64,000 nt of DNA from Octopus vulgaris (GCA_951406725.2 OX597823.1:18910001-18974000), one strand, 5' to 3'; counted from the stretch's first letter, positions 1 through 13,066 are shown. Notes: generated by a model from the sequence alone, not told the origin. A program made the numbers and translations.

Positions 1-145
1 CTCTCTCTCTCTCTTTCTCTCCCTCCCTCTCTTTCTCTCTCTTTCTCTCTTTCTCTCTCCCTCGCCCTCTCCCTCTTGCTCTCTCCCTCCCTCTCTGTCT
101 CTTTTTTCTCTCTACCTCCCCTCCATCTCTCTCTCTCTCTCTCTG
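1..145. repeat. (CT)n / pyrimidine-rich microsatellite
   Basis: Direct inspection. Confidence 0.95.
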
Positions 146-690
146 AGAGTTCGTAATTGGCTGCTGTTTTCTTGTGGGTGAGCTTTTTTATATTTTATTT
201 TCAGTGAAAATGTCAGCGCCATATATGCTCACAAAATGCATAATGTTTCATGCTAACGTCTACTTCAGAATTGCATGAAATACCGCTCTTATGTCACCAA
301 AAACGCTCTGATATATTTTCCTCCATTTTTTTTTAATTGACTTTCATTACCTAACAAATTTATGTTTGTGTAAATCATTTGCAAAGTCCACACTCGTAAA
401 TTTATTAATCAATAGATGAATCAATCATTCCAACATCGATCCATCTATCTTACAAAAGTATTTTAAACAGAGTCTCAATTTCTTGACCTTGCTTCTTATC
501 AGATAGCTGGAAAGTGTGTATTTAGCCCTATTAATACGAGCACGTTGCATGCCAGAACCATTTACGTGCATTGTAAAATTTGAGTTCAGAATTGTGACTT
601 ATAAAAGCATTTATCAAATATACATTGTTCATGTTGCTTTTATCTACATAGGTAAAATAAGTTTCCTCGCAATGCATATTTATAACTAAA

Positions 691-1091
691 CTAGCAGTAT
701 CGCCCGGCGTTGCTCGGGTTTGTAAGGGAAATAACTATATAATCATTTTTAGAGAGTTATAGCCAAAAAATAGCAAAAAAATGCATTAAAAATGGGAAAA
801 AAATTATGGTAAATTTTTTTTTTAAATCATTGACTCATCGTAGACAATTTTAGAGAGTTACTTCCCTTATATAATAGCGAAAAAATGTATTAAAATGGAA
901 AAAAATTATGGTAAATTTTTTTTTAAATCGTAGACTCATCGTAGACGCGCGCTAATACCCAGAAGGGCTCGATATGAATCACGACTATAAGATACCCGGT
1001 TTTGGTTAAACTGCACCGCAAAATGTGGGAGTAGTTAGGAATCTAAATCGTAGGAGAGACACACAACCTCACTTTTATATATAAATATAGA
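691..1091 (-). mobile_element. Non-autonomous Helitron
   Basis: Minus strand starts TCTATATTTATATATAAAAG and ends with a GC hairpin (plus 703-718 CCCGGCGTTGCTCGGG) shortly before a terminal CTAG followed by T. No TSD. Internal imperfect tandem duplication of about 100 bp. Confidence 0.75.
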
Positions 1092-1599
1092 CTGAGCTGA
1101 TATGATTTTCGCGTCTGAGGGGCTTCGGTGCTATTCAGTTTCCTCAGCTTTTGTCCAGACCTGGCGTGGATCTTTACGCGCTCTTACGCGCCGTTATAAT
1201 CCAATTATAAGGTGTCTTGGTTAGGTGCCCGGCTTGAGGGTAAACAGTCTCATGAATTGGTTCAATATGATGTTCGAGTGTCCTGGCCAAGCTCGACATC
1301 AATACAGAGCTTGTGTAAGAAGTCACTGGGATCAAATAAGCTGAGGAAGGACAGCTCGGCCCAAATCGGAAACGCGGCGATCAAGTGACTCCGTGTCGAA
1401 CAGTTGAAATGTCACGCCTGTGAACAGTTTCGGCTAACGGCTCATTCGACATGAATGAATCTTAATCATAGAGAAGCTAGCGAAGGAGAGTCAACGTGGC
1501 TCTTCAGTCAGCTAGAAACAGCGATCAAATCTCCAGCAAATCACTTTTTGCCGTCTTTAAAAAGGAAATTATATATCTGTTAATTTTTTTTTTTTTTTA

Positions 1600-1930
1600 C
1601 CCCCTTCGGTCAGACACTGACCATGGGTTTGCACCTAGAGAGTTACCCTCTGAGGCACAAGTCTGGGCAAGGCTGTTTTTATGGAAGACCAGCAGTCGCC
1701 CATGCATACCGGTCTCCCCTCTCCACGTCACCGATGTTGTCCAAGGGAAAGGCAAGGGCCGATACAGCTTGGCACCTGTGACGTCGCAACTCATTTCTAC
1801 AGCTGAGTGAACTGGAGCAACATGAAATAAAGTGTCTTGCTCAAGAACGCAATATACAGCCCGGTCCAGGATTCGAGCTCACAACCTCACGATCGTAAGC
1901 TCGACGCTCTAACCACTGAGCCACGCGCCT
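1600..1930 (-). mobile_element. tRNA-derived SINE, group X (body TTGAGCAAGACACTTTATTTCA..TTGCTCCAG) with tail T1
   Basis: A box TGGCTCAGTGG and B-box-like GCTCGAATCC on the minus strand; second copy at 35900-36125. Confidence 0.85.
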
Positions 1931-2446
1931 GTTAATAAAATCTAAGATATATCATGCCTGAAAAGAGGCGTTTGTCACGACCGAAAAGCCATTGACTGCA
2001 AGATGTGTTGGATCAGAGATGGCCTTGGACTAAACTAACACGTTCAGAACATCAGTACTTTCATATAAGCAAAAAAATCTGGATTCTTTTCCACTAAGTC
2101 AAAGATCGAACGGAAAGTGCGTGACGTGAGTGGAGAGAATAAAAAAATGGTGGGATTGTTGTTGCCTTAGCCTAACAATTTAGCAGAGTAAATAAGTGTA
2201 TTTATCTCAACCGGGAATTGAAACCGGGTCGGCAAGAGTTTAGCAATGAACATAGCACGTTTACGGTGTTGCTGCCAGCATGAGTGCCTGCATCCTTTCG
2301 ACAACAGCGGTAACGCATACAAAAACATACACTGTTTTATAGGAAATGAGAAAATGAGAAACCTTCATCCGCCATTTCACTCACTCTCTCTTTCTCTCTC
2401 TCCCCTCTCTCTTTCCCTCCCTCTATTAACGTGTCTATCTATTGAT

Positions 2447-2832
<386 letters not shown>

Positions 2833-3107
2833 GAGCAGATTAAAACGATTTTTCATTCCTTCTTCTGTTTTATTGTTTTCGCCATTTAACTTGCGCATGC
2901 GTAAAAGCGTTCATCATCGTTGCAAACTTTGTAAAGTAGGTTTTGCGAACGTATTTTTATTAAAACCTCATCACAACTAAATAGCCAATTACGAACATGA
3001 ATTGCCGGTTGTTTAGTTGGAAGAAGGTAGGGCGTTTTATTTATATATTTTTCTTTTGAAATATATTTTTAAGACGTCGTAAAATTAACCCACAAATTCG
3101 TACGATG

Positions 3108-3131
3108 TATATATACATATACGTGCATACT

Positions 3132-3210
<79 letters not shown>

Positions 3211-3263
3211 GTGTGTGTGTGTATACATAAATATATGTGTATATATATGTATATATGTATATT

Positions 3264-3314
<51 letters not shown>

Positions 3315-3337
3315 CCCTCTCTCCCTCTCTCTCTTTC

Positions 3338-3372
<35 letters not shown>

Positions 3373-3559
3373 CTCGATATATACGCATATGTATATATGT
3401 ATATACATATGTGTATATATATATATATGTATATATATATGTATATATATATATGTGCATATATATGTATATATATATATGTATATACAGATATATATAT
3501 ATGTATCTCCCTCTACATATATATCTACATATATATATATATTTATATATATACATATA

Positions 3560-3610
<51 letters not shown>

Positions 3611-3718
3611 GTGTGTGTGTGTAGATAGATTGATATATATATATATGTGTGTGTGTGTTGTGTGTGTGTGTGTAGAAAGAGATACATATATACATATGTA
3701 TATATATATATATACATA

Positions 3719-3754
<36 letters not shown>

Positions 3755-3775
3755 TGTATGTATGTATGTATGAAT
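3108..3775. repeat. Compound (TA)n/(TG)n/(TATG)n microsatellite
   Basis: Direct inspection. Confidence 0.95.
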
Positions 3776-4375
3776 GTAGCTATGTATGTTGCTACGTATA
3801 GAATTAAATATTTACTTCATTCAAACGAATGAACAGAAGCAAAATAAAACATTACACCAGATTCTGTTCGTATGTGTTTTTTTACTTTGAAGTGGAAGAA
3901 AAACTATCATGTATGTCATTAGTTAAAAGTAATACAATAATAACTGCTGTTTAAATTTTTTTTTCTTAGTTTTTTTCTTAGTTTTTTTCTTTATTATTAT
4001 TTTTGTTATTCTTTTGTGTTGCCAGATATATTGACTAGCATCGCCACTAGTATTGATTGTTAGTCTTTGGCAGCAGATCACACATTCGTGGGAAAGAGAT
4101 GGACTGGAAAGAAAATCTGGGGAACCAAATCGTTGGCTGATTACTTCTAGTTCGATTCCTCGCTTCAGCGTATGCCTAGCAGCAAGCAAAGGGAACAGAT
4201 GTATCTCTTATATGATTGGCATTGTGGAAAGTTGGTGTAAAAACCAAAGTGGTCCTCGTGGAATCCTCATGGTTCGAAAAACATCTACAATGGAGCCAAT
4301 TCTATCAGTTATACTCATGCGCTCTTAGATTTGTGTATTCTTTTCGAATATGCGAGTGGAATTAGCCCTAGTATA

Positions 4376-4898
4376 TCTATTTCTTTATTGCCCACAAGTG
4401 GCGAAACATAGAGGGGGCAAACAAGGACAGACAAAGGGATTAAGTCGATTACATCGACCCCAGTGCGTAACTGGTACTTATTTAATCGACCCCGAAAGGA
4501 TGAAAGGCAAAGTCGACCTCAGCAGAATTTGAACTCAGAACGTAACGGCAGACGAAATACCAATTTCTTTACTCCTCGCAAGGGGCTAAACAGATAGAAG
4601 ACAAACAAGGACAGACAAAGGGATTAAGTCGATTACATCGAACCCAGTGCGTAACTGGTAATTATTTAATCGACCCAGAAAGGATGAAAGGCAAAGTCGG
4701 CCTCGGCGGAATACCCATTTCTTTACTACCCGCAAGGGGCTAAACACATAGAGGACAAACAAGGACACACATAGGTATTAAGTCGATTATATCGACCCCA
4801 GTGCGTAACTGGTACTTATTTAATCGACCCCGAAAGGGTGAAAGGCAAAGTCGAAGCATTTCGCCCGGCGTGCTAACGATTCTGCCAGCTCGCCGCCG
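4376..4898 (-). mobile_element. SINE group B (Meta/Sauria-like core GGTCGACTTTGCCTTTCATCCTTTCGGGGTCGAT), tandem trimer
   Basis: Three head-to-tail bodies behind one GGCGGCGAGCTGGCAGAA head; many other copies in the window. Confidence 0.85.
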
Positions 4899-5269
4899 TC
4901 AGTTATCCCTAGTATATTGCTATCATTCATTTCGTCAGGGAATTGGCAGAACGGTTAGAGCATTGCACAATAAATGCTTCAGAATAAATGCTTCGTAGTG
5001 TATCATTACTGTCCGTTTTACATTCTGAGTTCAAATCCTGTCAAAACCATCTGAACCGTTTATCCTTCCAGGATCAATAAAATAATGTGTCCTAGATGGA
5101 AATTAATATGTAACAAAAAAACTAAGAGTAAGATTACACAGGATCGATAGAAATATTTAATCAATCACGGCAAAACTTAATCGAACATAAAAGAGAACTT
5201 AATCGAACATAAAGTGAAAAAACGTCGATATTTCTAAAACAGGTACAAAACCACAAATCTATGGCCTGA

Positions 5270-5432
5270 CAGCATTCGATTAAACTAATTCCAGTATATT
5301 CCCTGTACTTTCTTTATCGATCCCGAAAGGATGAAAAGCAAAATCGACTGCGGCGGGTTTTGAACTTTGAAACGTCGAGGAACATAACTGAACATCACAA
5401 GGCATTTTGCCACAGCTCTATCGATTTTGCAA
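5270..5432 (-). mobile_element. Diverged SINE group B relic
   Basis: ATCGATCCCGAAAGGATGAAAAGCAAAATCGAC..TTTGAACT matches the group B core. Confidence 0.65.
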
Positions 5433-5621
5433 AATCTCTCACCCTACCTTAACCAATGATATTGATTTTTGTGGTTCACTTTTCACTTGTACTTTAGTTT
5501 TAGTTCAGAAATGAGAATTTGTGACGTTCATTTGTTTCTCTTTGGCTTTTACAACGAAATTACAACGATACCTGCCAGGAGTCAACGACGTGTTCTCGCC
5601 TCAGTTGGTCAAATGCTTTTA

Positions 5622-5937
5622 GTGTGTGTGTGCGTGTGTGTGTGAGAGCGTGCGTACATGTTTTATTTGTGTGTGTGTTTTTGTGTGTTTGAGTGTATGT
5701 GTGTTTGTATGCGCGTGTGTACGTGTGTGCTTGTTTGTGGTTGTGTATGTGTCCTTGTGTGTGTTTGTGTGTGTGTGTCTTTGTGTATGGTTTTTTGTGT
5801 GTGTGTTTTGTGTGTGTGTGTGTGTGTGTGTGTTTTGAGTGTGTGTTTGTGCGTGTGTGTGAGTATGTGTGTTTGTGTGTGTGTGTCTTTATGTGTGTGT
5901 TTTTGTGCGTGTTTGTGTGTGTGCTTGTGTGTGTGTA
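5622..5937. repeat. Degenerate (TG)n microsatellite
   Basis: Direct inspection. Confidence 0.95.
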
Positions 5938-6314
5938 TGGAAGCACTCCGTCGGTTACGATGACGAGGGTTCCGGTTGATTCGAATCAACGGAACAGCCT
6001 GCTCGTGAAATTAACGTGTAAGTGGCTGAGCACTCCACAGACACGTGTACCCTTAACGTAGTTCTCGGGGATATTCAGCGTAACACAGAGAGTGACAAGG
6101 CCGGTCCCTTGAAATACAGATACAACAGAAACAGGAAGTAAGAGTGAGACAAAGTTGTGGTGAAAGAGTACAGCAGGGATCACCACCATCCCCTGCCGGA
6201 GCCTCGTGGAGCTTTTTAGGTGTTTTCGCTCAATAAACACTCACAAAACCTCACGAAACCGCGATCCTATGACCGCGAGTCCGCTGCCCTAGCCACTGGG
6301 CCATTGCGCATCCA
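5938..6314 (-). mobile_element. tRNA-derived SINE group Y with tail T2
   Basis: A box TGGCCCAGTGG; near-identical to 35172-35560 and 21318-21640. Confidence 0.9.
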
Positions 6315-6327
6315 CGTGTGTGTATAA

Positions 6328-6600
6328 AGGCGCGTAGTCTAGTGGTCACGGTGTTGCACCGATCGTGGGCTCGGCCCCTGGACCGAGTAGCGCGTTGTGT
6401 TCTTGAGCAAAGCCCATCATTTCACGTTGCACCAGTCCACTGAGAAGTAAATGGATCACTCTGCGACGGACTCGCTTTCTGGTCAAGGGGAATATTGACC
6501 AGCTCGCCTATCCAGCGGAGTAGCATCATACGAAATCTAAAACGACGCAAATCGCATTGTAACCAGCGTTGTATAACAACATTCGATAGTCTGAACAATC
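6328..6600 (+). mobile_element. Diverged SINE group X with tail T3
   Basis: tRNA-like head TAGTCTAGTGG, body TTCTTGAGCAAAG..TTTCACGTTGC, tail GCATTGTAACCAGCG..AACAACAT. Confidence 0.7.
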
Positions 6601-6702
6601 ATGTAATATATATATATAATTGTTAAAGAGGAGACAAACATTAAGGCAAGGCAAACATCTCGTGTGTGCGTGTTTGTGCGGGGGGTGTATGTGTGTATGT
6701 GT

Positions 6703-6930
6703 GTCTGTGTCTGTGTTTGTCACCACCACCACCACCACCACCATCGCTTGACAACTGATGTTTAGGTCTCTGTAACCTAGCGGTTCGGCAAAGGAAACGG
6801 CTAGAATAAGTGCTAGGCTTACAAAGAATAAGTTCTGACGTCGATTTCCTCGGCTAAAAAAAAAACCTTTAAGGCGGTGTTCCAGTATGGCTGCAATTAA
6901 ATGACTGAAACAAGTAAAAGAATGAAAGAA
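6703..6930 (+). mobile_element. SINE group A, 3' half
   Basis: Matches the group A tail (..CCAGTATGGCTGCAATTAAATGACTGAAACAAGTAAAAG). Confidence 0.8.
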
Positions 6931-7029
6931 AACGTCTCTGTCAATGTGTATGTGTGTACACGCGCTAAGACACGGGGGTATATACACCCAGAAGCTTTCA
7001 TCTTGTCATCATATTCACACCAACTCTAC

Positions 7030-7306
7030 ACATATATCACCGTGATCACCGTGGCCGACTAGGTTATCAGATGTTGCTACACATCGCTGGTCAGAATGCG
7101 CTTCGCATTCAAATGACGCCACACCGCTGGCCAAGCGAGCAGGCCAACAGAAGAAAGAGTGAGATAAAGTTGCGGCGAAAGAGTACAGCAAGGATCGCCA
7201 CCACCACCCTGCCGGAGCCTCGTGGAGCTTTCGGTGTTTTCACTCAATAAACACTCACAACGCCCGGTCTACGACCGCGAGTCCGATGCTCTATCCACTG
7301 GGCCAT
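7030..7306 (-). mobile_element. SINE group Y with tail T3
   Basis: Group Y head and body joined to the T3 tail; sister copy at 7692-7996. Confidence 0.8.
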
Positions 7307-7314
7307 TACATACA

Positions 7315-7458
<144 letters not shown>

Positions 7459-7691
7459 CATACATAACCGAGTTAGTAAAAGTTTTTATTTTCATTTCAC
7501 TAAATTTATCAAGCTTCTGTGTATCTAGCACATACTTCGCCTTTTAGTGTACTTATATATGAATAATATATGGCCTGTGCTAGAAACACCAGCGATAATA
7601 ATTAATTTTATTTTATCGCATATGACTTTGTTTATATACATACATACATATATATAAATATATATACATATATACATACATACATATATAT

Positions 7692-7992
7692 CACGTCATC
7701 ACGTGACCGACCAGACCATCAGATGTTGTTACACATCGCTGGTCACAATGCGTTTGCATTGTTTTAGCCTTCGAATGACGCCACCCCGCTGGCTAAGCGA
7801 GCAGGCCAACTGAAGAAAGAGTGAGAGAAAGAGTGGTGTAGGAGTACAGCAGGGATCACCACCCCCTGCCAGAGCCTAGTGGAGCTTTAAGGTGTTTTCG
7901 CTCAATAAACACTCACAACGCCTGGTCTGGGAATCGAAACCGCGATCCTACGACCGCAAGTCCGCTCCCCTAACCACTAGGCCATTGCGCCT

Positions 7993-7996
<4 letters not shown>
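7692..7996 (-). mobile_element. SINE group Y with tail T3 (full length)
   Basis: A box TGGCCTAGTGG and B-box-like TTCGATTCC on the minus strand; T3 tail. Confidence 0.85.
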
Positions 7997-8089
<93 letters not shown>

Positions 8090-8131
8090 TACATATATAT
8101 CAATATATATACTTATATATATACACATACA

Positions 8132-8193
<62 letters not shown>

Positions 8194-9249
8194 CCCATCT
8201 TTCCTATATTCATTCCACTAGACAAACCATTCACACGAAACGGAAACGACTCCAAGAATGAAAAATCAGCGACTCTGATTCAGTCACTAATATTGCCAGC
8301 TGTGTGTCATTCTAAAACGTAGTATTCGGCCACTTCATCCTTAGTCATTTAATTGCTTCCTTTTGAGTCATTCAAAACATTAAAAAAAATACAGTTCCAA
8401 AGAGTTGTTATTACTGTTGAGACCCAGGTCAGTCGTAACTGAGTACACCTACGCCCCACAATGTTCCAACCCTGGCCAACCCATTTTTTTCCACACACAC
8501 ACACACATCTGTATGTATGTATGTATGTATGTATGTATGTATGTATGTATGTATGTATGTATGTGTGTGTGTGTGCGCGTGTGTGTGTGTGTGTGTGTGT
8601 GCTGAAGCCTCCTCAACCCAAAAAGGATTAAAAAGGAAGAAGGCGGGCAACAAGGGTTGCGCGCCGAAGGACCCTAAGGCTTCGGGAGGTAGGGGAGAGA
8701 CTCCGGACAAAGCGGAAGAGCTCCACTCTCCCGAAGTCAGGAAGAAAAGGAAAAAAGAAAGAAGAAGAACGGGTCATTGCAGGTGGACGATGATGTGCCG
8801 TCTGCATGTCCCGAAGTTGTGCCACCCACGGTGGAAGAAACGATCCCCACCCTTAAAGATGATGAATTAATTATCTTTTTCTACAAGAGCGGGGAGGTGG
8901 AAAAATAGTTGAAGAACATAAAGAGACAGTAAATATGGCCTTCACACGGAATCCTGAATGGCCTCCACAGATAGCTGTGGAGGTCATAAGGTTTTCCGTG
9001 TGGGAAAAGCTTAAAAGAATTAAAGAAGAATGTCGCATATGGCCGGGTGGCCCTTACACGACTTAAGTCTCGTACAGGAATGAGGCATGGGAAATGGCGA
9101 GATACAGGAACTCAAGCGGCATTGGAGATAATGATGGATATATTGATGGATATATCGATTAGTAGAAGGTGAAAAAGGCTCGTTAGAGGGTTTGAAACCT
9201 CATCTTATTGCATTATTTGTAGGGGTTTATAACCTCAACTGAGTGTGTA

Positions 9250-9625
9250 AACCACCACAACCATAACCACCACAACAACTACCACCGCTACAACCACCAC
9301 CACAACTGCAACTCCTACCACCACCGCAACAACAAAAACAAAAACAACCACAACCACCACTAAAACCACCACCACAACAACCACCACCAGTACAACTACC
9401 TCCACCACAACTACCACAACACCTACCCCCACAACTACTACCACCACCAAACCGCAACCACAAAAACAACCACCACCAAAAACCCCACAAACACCAGCAC
9501 CACCAAAACCACTACCACCATCTCCACAACCACCACAACCACAACTCACACCACCACAACAACAGCAACCACAATCACCACCACCACTACAACCATCTCC
9601 ATCACCACCACCTCAACCACTACAA
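9250..9625. repeat. Degenerate (CCA/CAA)n low-complexity tract
   Basis: Direct inspection. Confidence 0.9.
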
Positions 9626-9929
9626 TGGTATCACGTCTATCAAAAAGCAAAACCACCTTCCATTGGCACCTATACTAAGCACGATGACAACAACATCAAG
9701 ATCAGCAACAATGTGATGCTGGTACTTCTATTCTGAGAGCAATCTGTTTGTCTTGAGTTCATCTTATCTGCTGTTCCCTCGACAACTTGAGTAATCAACA
9801 GAAAGATAGTGTAAGTGTGTGTGTGTGTGTTCTTGACTTCTTATCTCTCACCTACAATCACTGCTTTTCTTACATTGTCTCAGACATTCCGTATGAGATT
9901 CATGCTTACTTCATTCGGGAATGTGGATG

Positions 9930-10435
9930 AGTGGATGATGATTATGATGGTGGTGGTGGTGGTGGTGGTGGTGGTGGTGGTGGTGGTGGTGGTGGTGGTG
10001 GTGGTGGTGGTGGTGGTGGTGGTGGTGGTGGTGGTGGTGGTGATGGTGGTGGTGATGATGATGATGATGATGATGATGATGACGACGACGATGATGATGA
10101 TGATGGTGGGGGTGGGGGTGGTGATGATGACGATGATGATGATGATGGTGTTGGTGGTGGGGGTGATGATGATGATGATGATGTTCATAATGATGGTGGT
10201 GGTGGTGGTGGTGGTGGTGGTGGTGGTGGTGGTGATGATGATGGTGATGGTGATAACAGCGATGATGACGAGGACGACGTAGAAGAAAAAGAAGAAGAAG
10301 AAGAAGAACAACAACAACAACAACATGAAGAAGAAGAAGAAGAAGAAGAAGAAGAAGAAGAAGAAGAAGAAGAAGAAGAAGAAGAAGAAGAAGAAACTAA
10401 TATCAGCAACAACACCAACCAAAATAATAATAATA
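9930..10435. repeat. Compound trinucleotide microsatellite (GGT/GAT/GAC/GAA/CAA)
   Basis: Direct inspection. Confidence 0.95.
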
Positions 10436-10438
10436 TTA

Positions 10439-10773
10439 AGGTGCGGGAGTGGCTGTGTGGTAAGTAGCTTGCTTACCAACTACATGGTTCCGGGTTCATT
10501 CCCACTGCGTAGTACCTTGGGCAAGTGTCTTCTACTATAGCCTCGGGCCGACCAAAGCCTTGTGAGTGGATTTGATGATGGTGGTGTGTTTACGTCCCCC
10601 GTAATTTGATGATGCTGGTGTGTTTACGTCCCCGTAACATAGCCGTTCGGCAAAAGAGACCGATAGAATAAGTACTAGGCTTCCAAAGTATAAGTCCCGC
10701 GGTCGATTTGCTCGACTAAAAGGCGGTGCTCCAGCATGGCCGCAGTCAAATGACTGAAACAAGTGAAAGAGTA
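10439..10773 (+). mobile_element. tRNA-derived CORE-like SINE group A (internally deleted)
   Basis: Head TGGCTGTGTGG..GGTTCATTCCC, CORE-like CCTTGGGCAAGTG, common tail. Confidence 0.9.
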
Positions 10774-10947
10774 TTAGAGAGAACATCTAATGATATTTGT
10801 TTATGACCAGCAGCCAGTCCTCAGCTGTCAACTCAAATGACTGAAACAAGTAAAAGAGTAAAAGAGTAAAGAGTAAAAGAGAATAATAATAATCTTTTTT
10901 CTACGAAAGGCACAAGGTCCTGAAATTTGGTGGGAGGGGACCAGTCG

Positions 10948-11006
<59 letters not shown>

Positions 11007-11011
<5 letters not shown>

Positions 11012-11354
11012 CTGTTAGCATAGGTGCCCTGGGAAAGATAGCAAAAGGGGCTGATTGCTACCTAACTCAGATACCAGGAAACCCCAAAATGGGGCAGAAA
11101 TTCAAAAGATAGTGCTCATGGGAACTGCTCATATCCTACGCAAAATACTTTCTATGTAATCTCAAGTTTTAAAACAAACATAATTTTCGTATGTCTTTTT
11201 TTTTAGACATTCACTAGTACAACACTAAATACAAAACCAAATATATGGCACACTAGGCATAACAACAACATGAACTTCCAACTTGTTATCTCTTGAGTTC
11301 TCTGGGTGAGACTTGGAGCCAACTTGTACAAATATAAAGCAAAAGTCAAACATA

Positions 11355-11356
<2 letters not shown>
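11007..11356 (+). mobile_element. 5'-truncated REL-endonuclease non-LTR retrotransposon (R4/Dong-like, family 2) 3' end
   Basis: Translates IPVSIGALGKIAKG..(frameshift)..IQKIVLMGTAHILRKILSM*, followed by a 3'UTR; (TAA)n on both sides; sister copy at 39611-39864. Confidence 0.85.
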
Positions 11357-11451
<95 letters not shown>

Positions 11452-11514
11452 GATGACGATGATGATGATGATGATGACGACGATGATGACGATGATGACG
11501 ATGATGATGATGAC

Positions 11515-11562
<48 letters not shown>

Positions 11563-11612
11563 GGTGGTGGTGGTGGTGGTGGTGGTGGTGGTGGTGGTGG
11601 TGATGGTGATGG

Positions 11613-11648
<36 letters not shown>
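11357..11648. repeat. Compound (TAA)/(GAT)/(GGT) microsatellite
   Basis: Direct inspection. Confidence 0.95.
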
Positions 11649-11649
<1 letters not shown>

Positions 11650-11714
11650 CCCGTGCTAAAACTGCTGCCTTAGATATTCTGAATGATAAATGGCAAGAAA
11701 AACCTCTCGATGGC
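11649..11714 (+). mobile_element. Short internal fragment of an R4/Dong-like LINE ORF
   Basis: Translates SRAKTAALDILNDKWQEKPLDG, resembling the WxxKxLHG motif upstream of the zinc knuckle in R4-clade elements. Confidence 0.55.
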
Positions 11715-11721
11715 CTGAAAT

Positions 11722-12400
11722 TTTTCGACCCCAGTACGCAACTGCTACTCAATTTATTGACCCCGAAAGGATGAAAGGCAAAGTCGACCTCGGCAGAATT
11801 TGAACTCAGAACGTAGCGGCAGACGAAATACCTATTTCTTTACTATCCACAAGAGGATAAACACAGAGAGGACAAACAAGGACAGACATACGGATTAAGT
11901 CGATTATATCGACCCCAGTGCATAACTGGTACTTATTTAATCGACACCGAAAGGATGAAAGGCAAAGTCAACATCGGCAGAATTTGAACTCAGAACGTAA
12001 AGACAGACGAAATACCTATTTTTTATTACCCACAAGGGGCTAAACACAGATAGGACAAACAAGGACAGACATAGGTATTAAGTCGAATAAATCGACCCCA
12101 GTGCGTTACTGGTACTTATTTAATCGACCCCGAAAGGATGAAAGGCAAAGTCGACCACGGCGGAATTTGAACTCACAACGTAACGGAAGACGAAATACCG
12201 CCTTTATAATAATTTTAAATTTTGCCGGCAATTTCGGGGGAGAAGATGAGTCAATTACATCGACCCCAGTGTTCGACTGTTACTTACTTTATCGACCCCG
12301 AAAGGACAAAAGGTAAAGTCGACCTCGCCGGAATTCGAACTCACGACATAGAGACGGATATTTTCGTCCAGCGTGCTAACGCTTCTGCCAGCTCGCCGCC
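11722..12400 (-). mobile_element. SINE group B tandem multimer plus a diverged copy
   Basis: Repeated bodies of about 190 bp with junction GACGAAATACCTATTT. Confidence 0.85.
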
Positions 12401-12620
12401 GTCTTATAGACATATAATAACTAATAGATGAAGAAGAGGTGATTTGCTGTTGAATGCAAACTTTTAAAATTTAGCTTTTTAGTTGAATGCCGAAAGAAAC
12501 AACAAGAAAGCACGCATATATACGCTTCCATACATATGCTTATACATATATATGTGTGTGTATGTGCGTGTATATGTATATGTATACATACATAGATGCA
12601 AATATATGCATATACACACA

Positions 12621-12684
<64 letters not shown>

Positions 12685-13012
12685 CGTAATGCATTAAGGA
12701 TATAAATAGAAGGTTTATCACTGATATAATATTTTGCTTTTAAAAATTCCGGGGTTATTTTAAGAACCCTTCCTCTATGGAGGAGGGGGTTGGTTCTATT
12801 TTATTTTAGGTTGTGGGTTTTTGCATATTTTTATCATTTTTACCACCAATTCAGAAGATAATGGCATTAAGATAGGCATCCTTATACTCGTATCTTGTAT
12901 ATGTATTTTAACTGTGAATGTATGCGTACGTATTAACACACACAAATTGCACACACATACATGCAAAGAAACACACACATATTTATAGACCATACAGCAT
13001 ACTACATACGCC

Positions 13013-13066
<54 letters not shown>

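Noticed and set aside
1870-1930. tRNA genes at the SINE heads (also near 6270, 7950, 22220, 35500, 39520)
   Set aside because: A and B boxes are present but there is no complete cloverleaf or terminator, and each continues into a repeat body.
4053-4328. 91-aa ORF and overlapping minus-strand ORF in unique sequence
   Set aside because: No recognisable motif or splice structure in the frames I checked.
9931-10467. 178-aa poly-G/D/E/Q ORF as a real acidic protein
   Set aside because: Pure trinucleotide repeats that run into a SINE; no splice or start context.
11722-12200. CRISPR-like repeat-spacer array in the group B multimers
   Set aside because: Units are wholly repeated SINE bodies of about 190 bp with no unique spacers; eukaryotic context and no cas genes.
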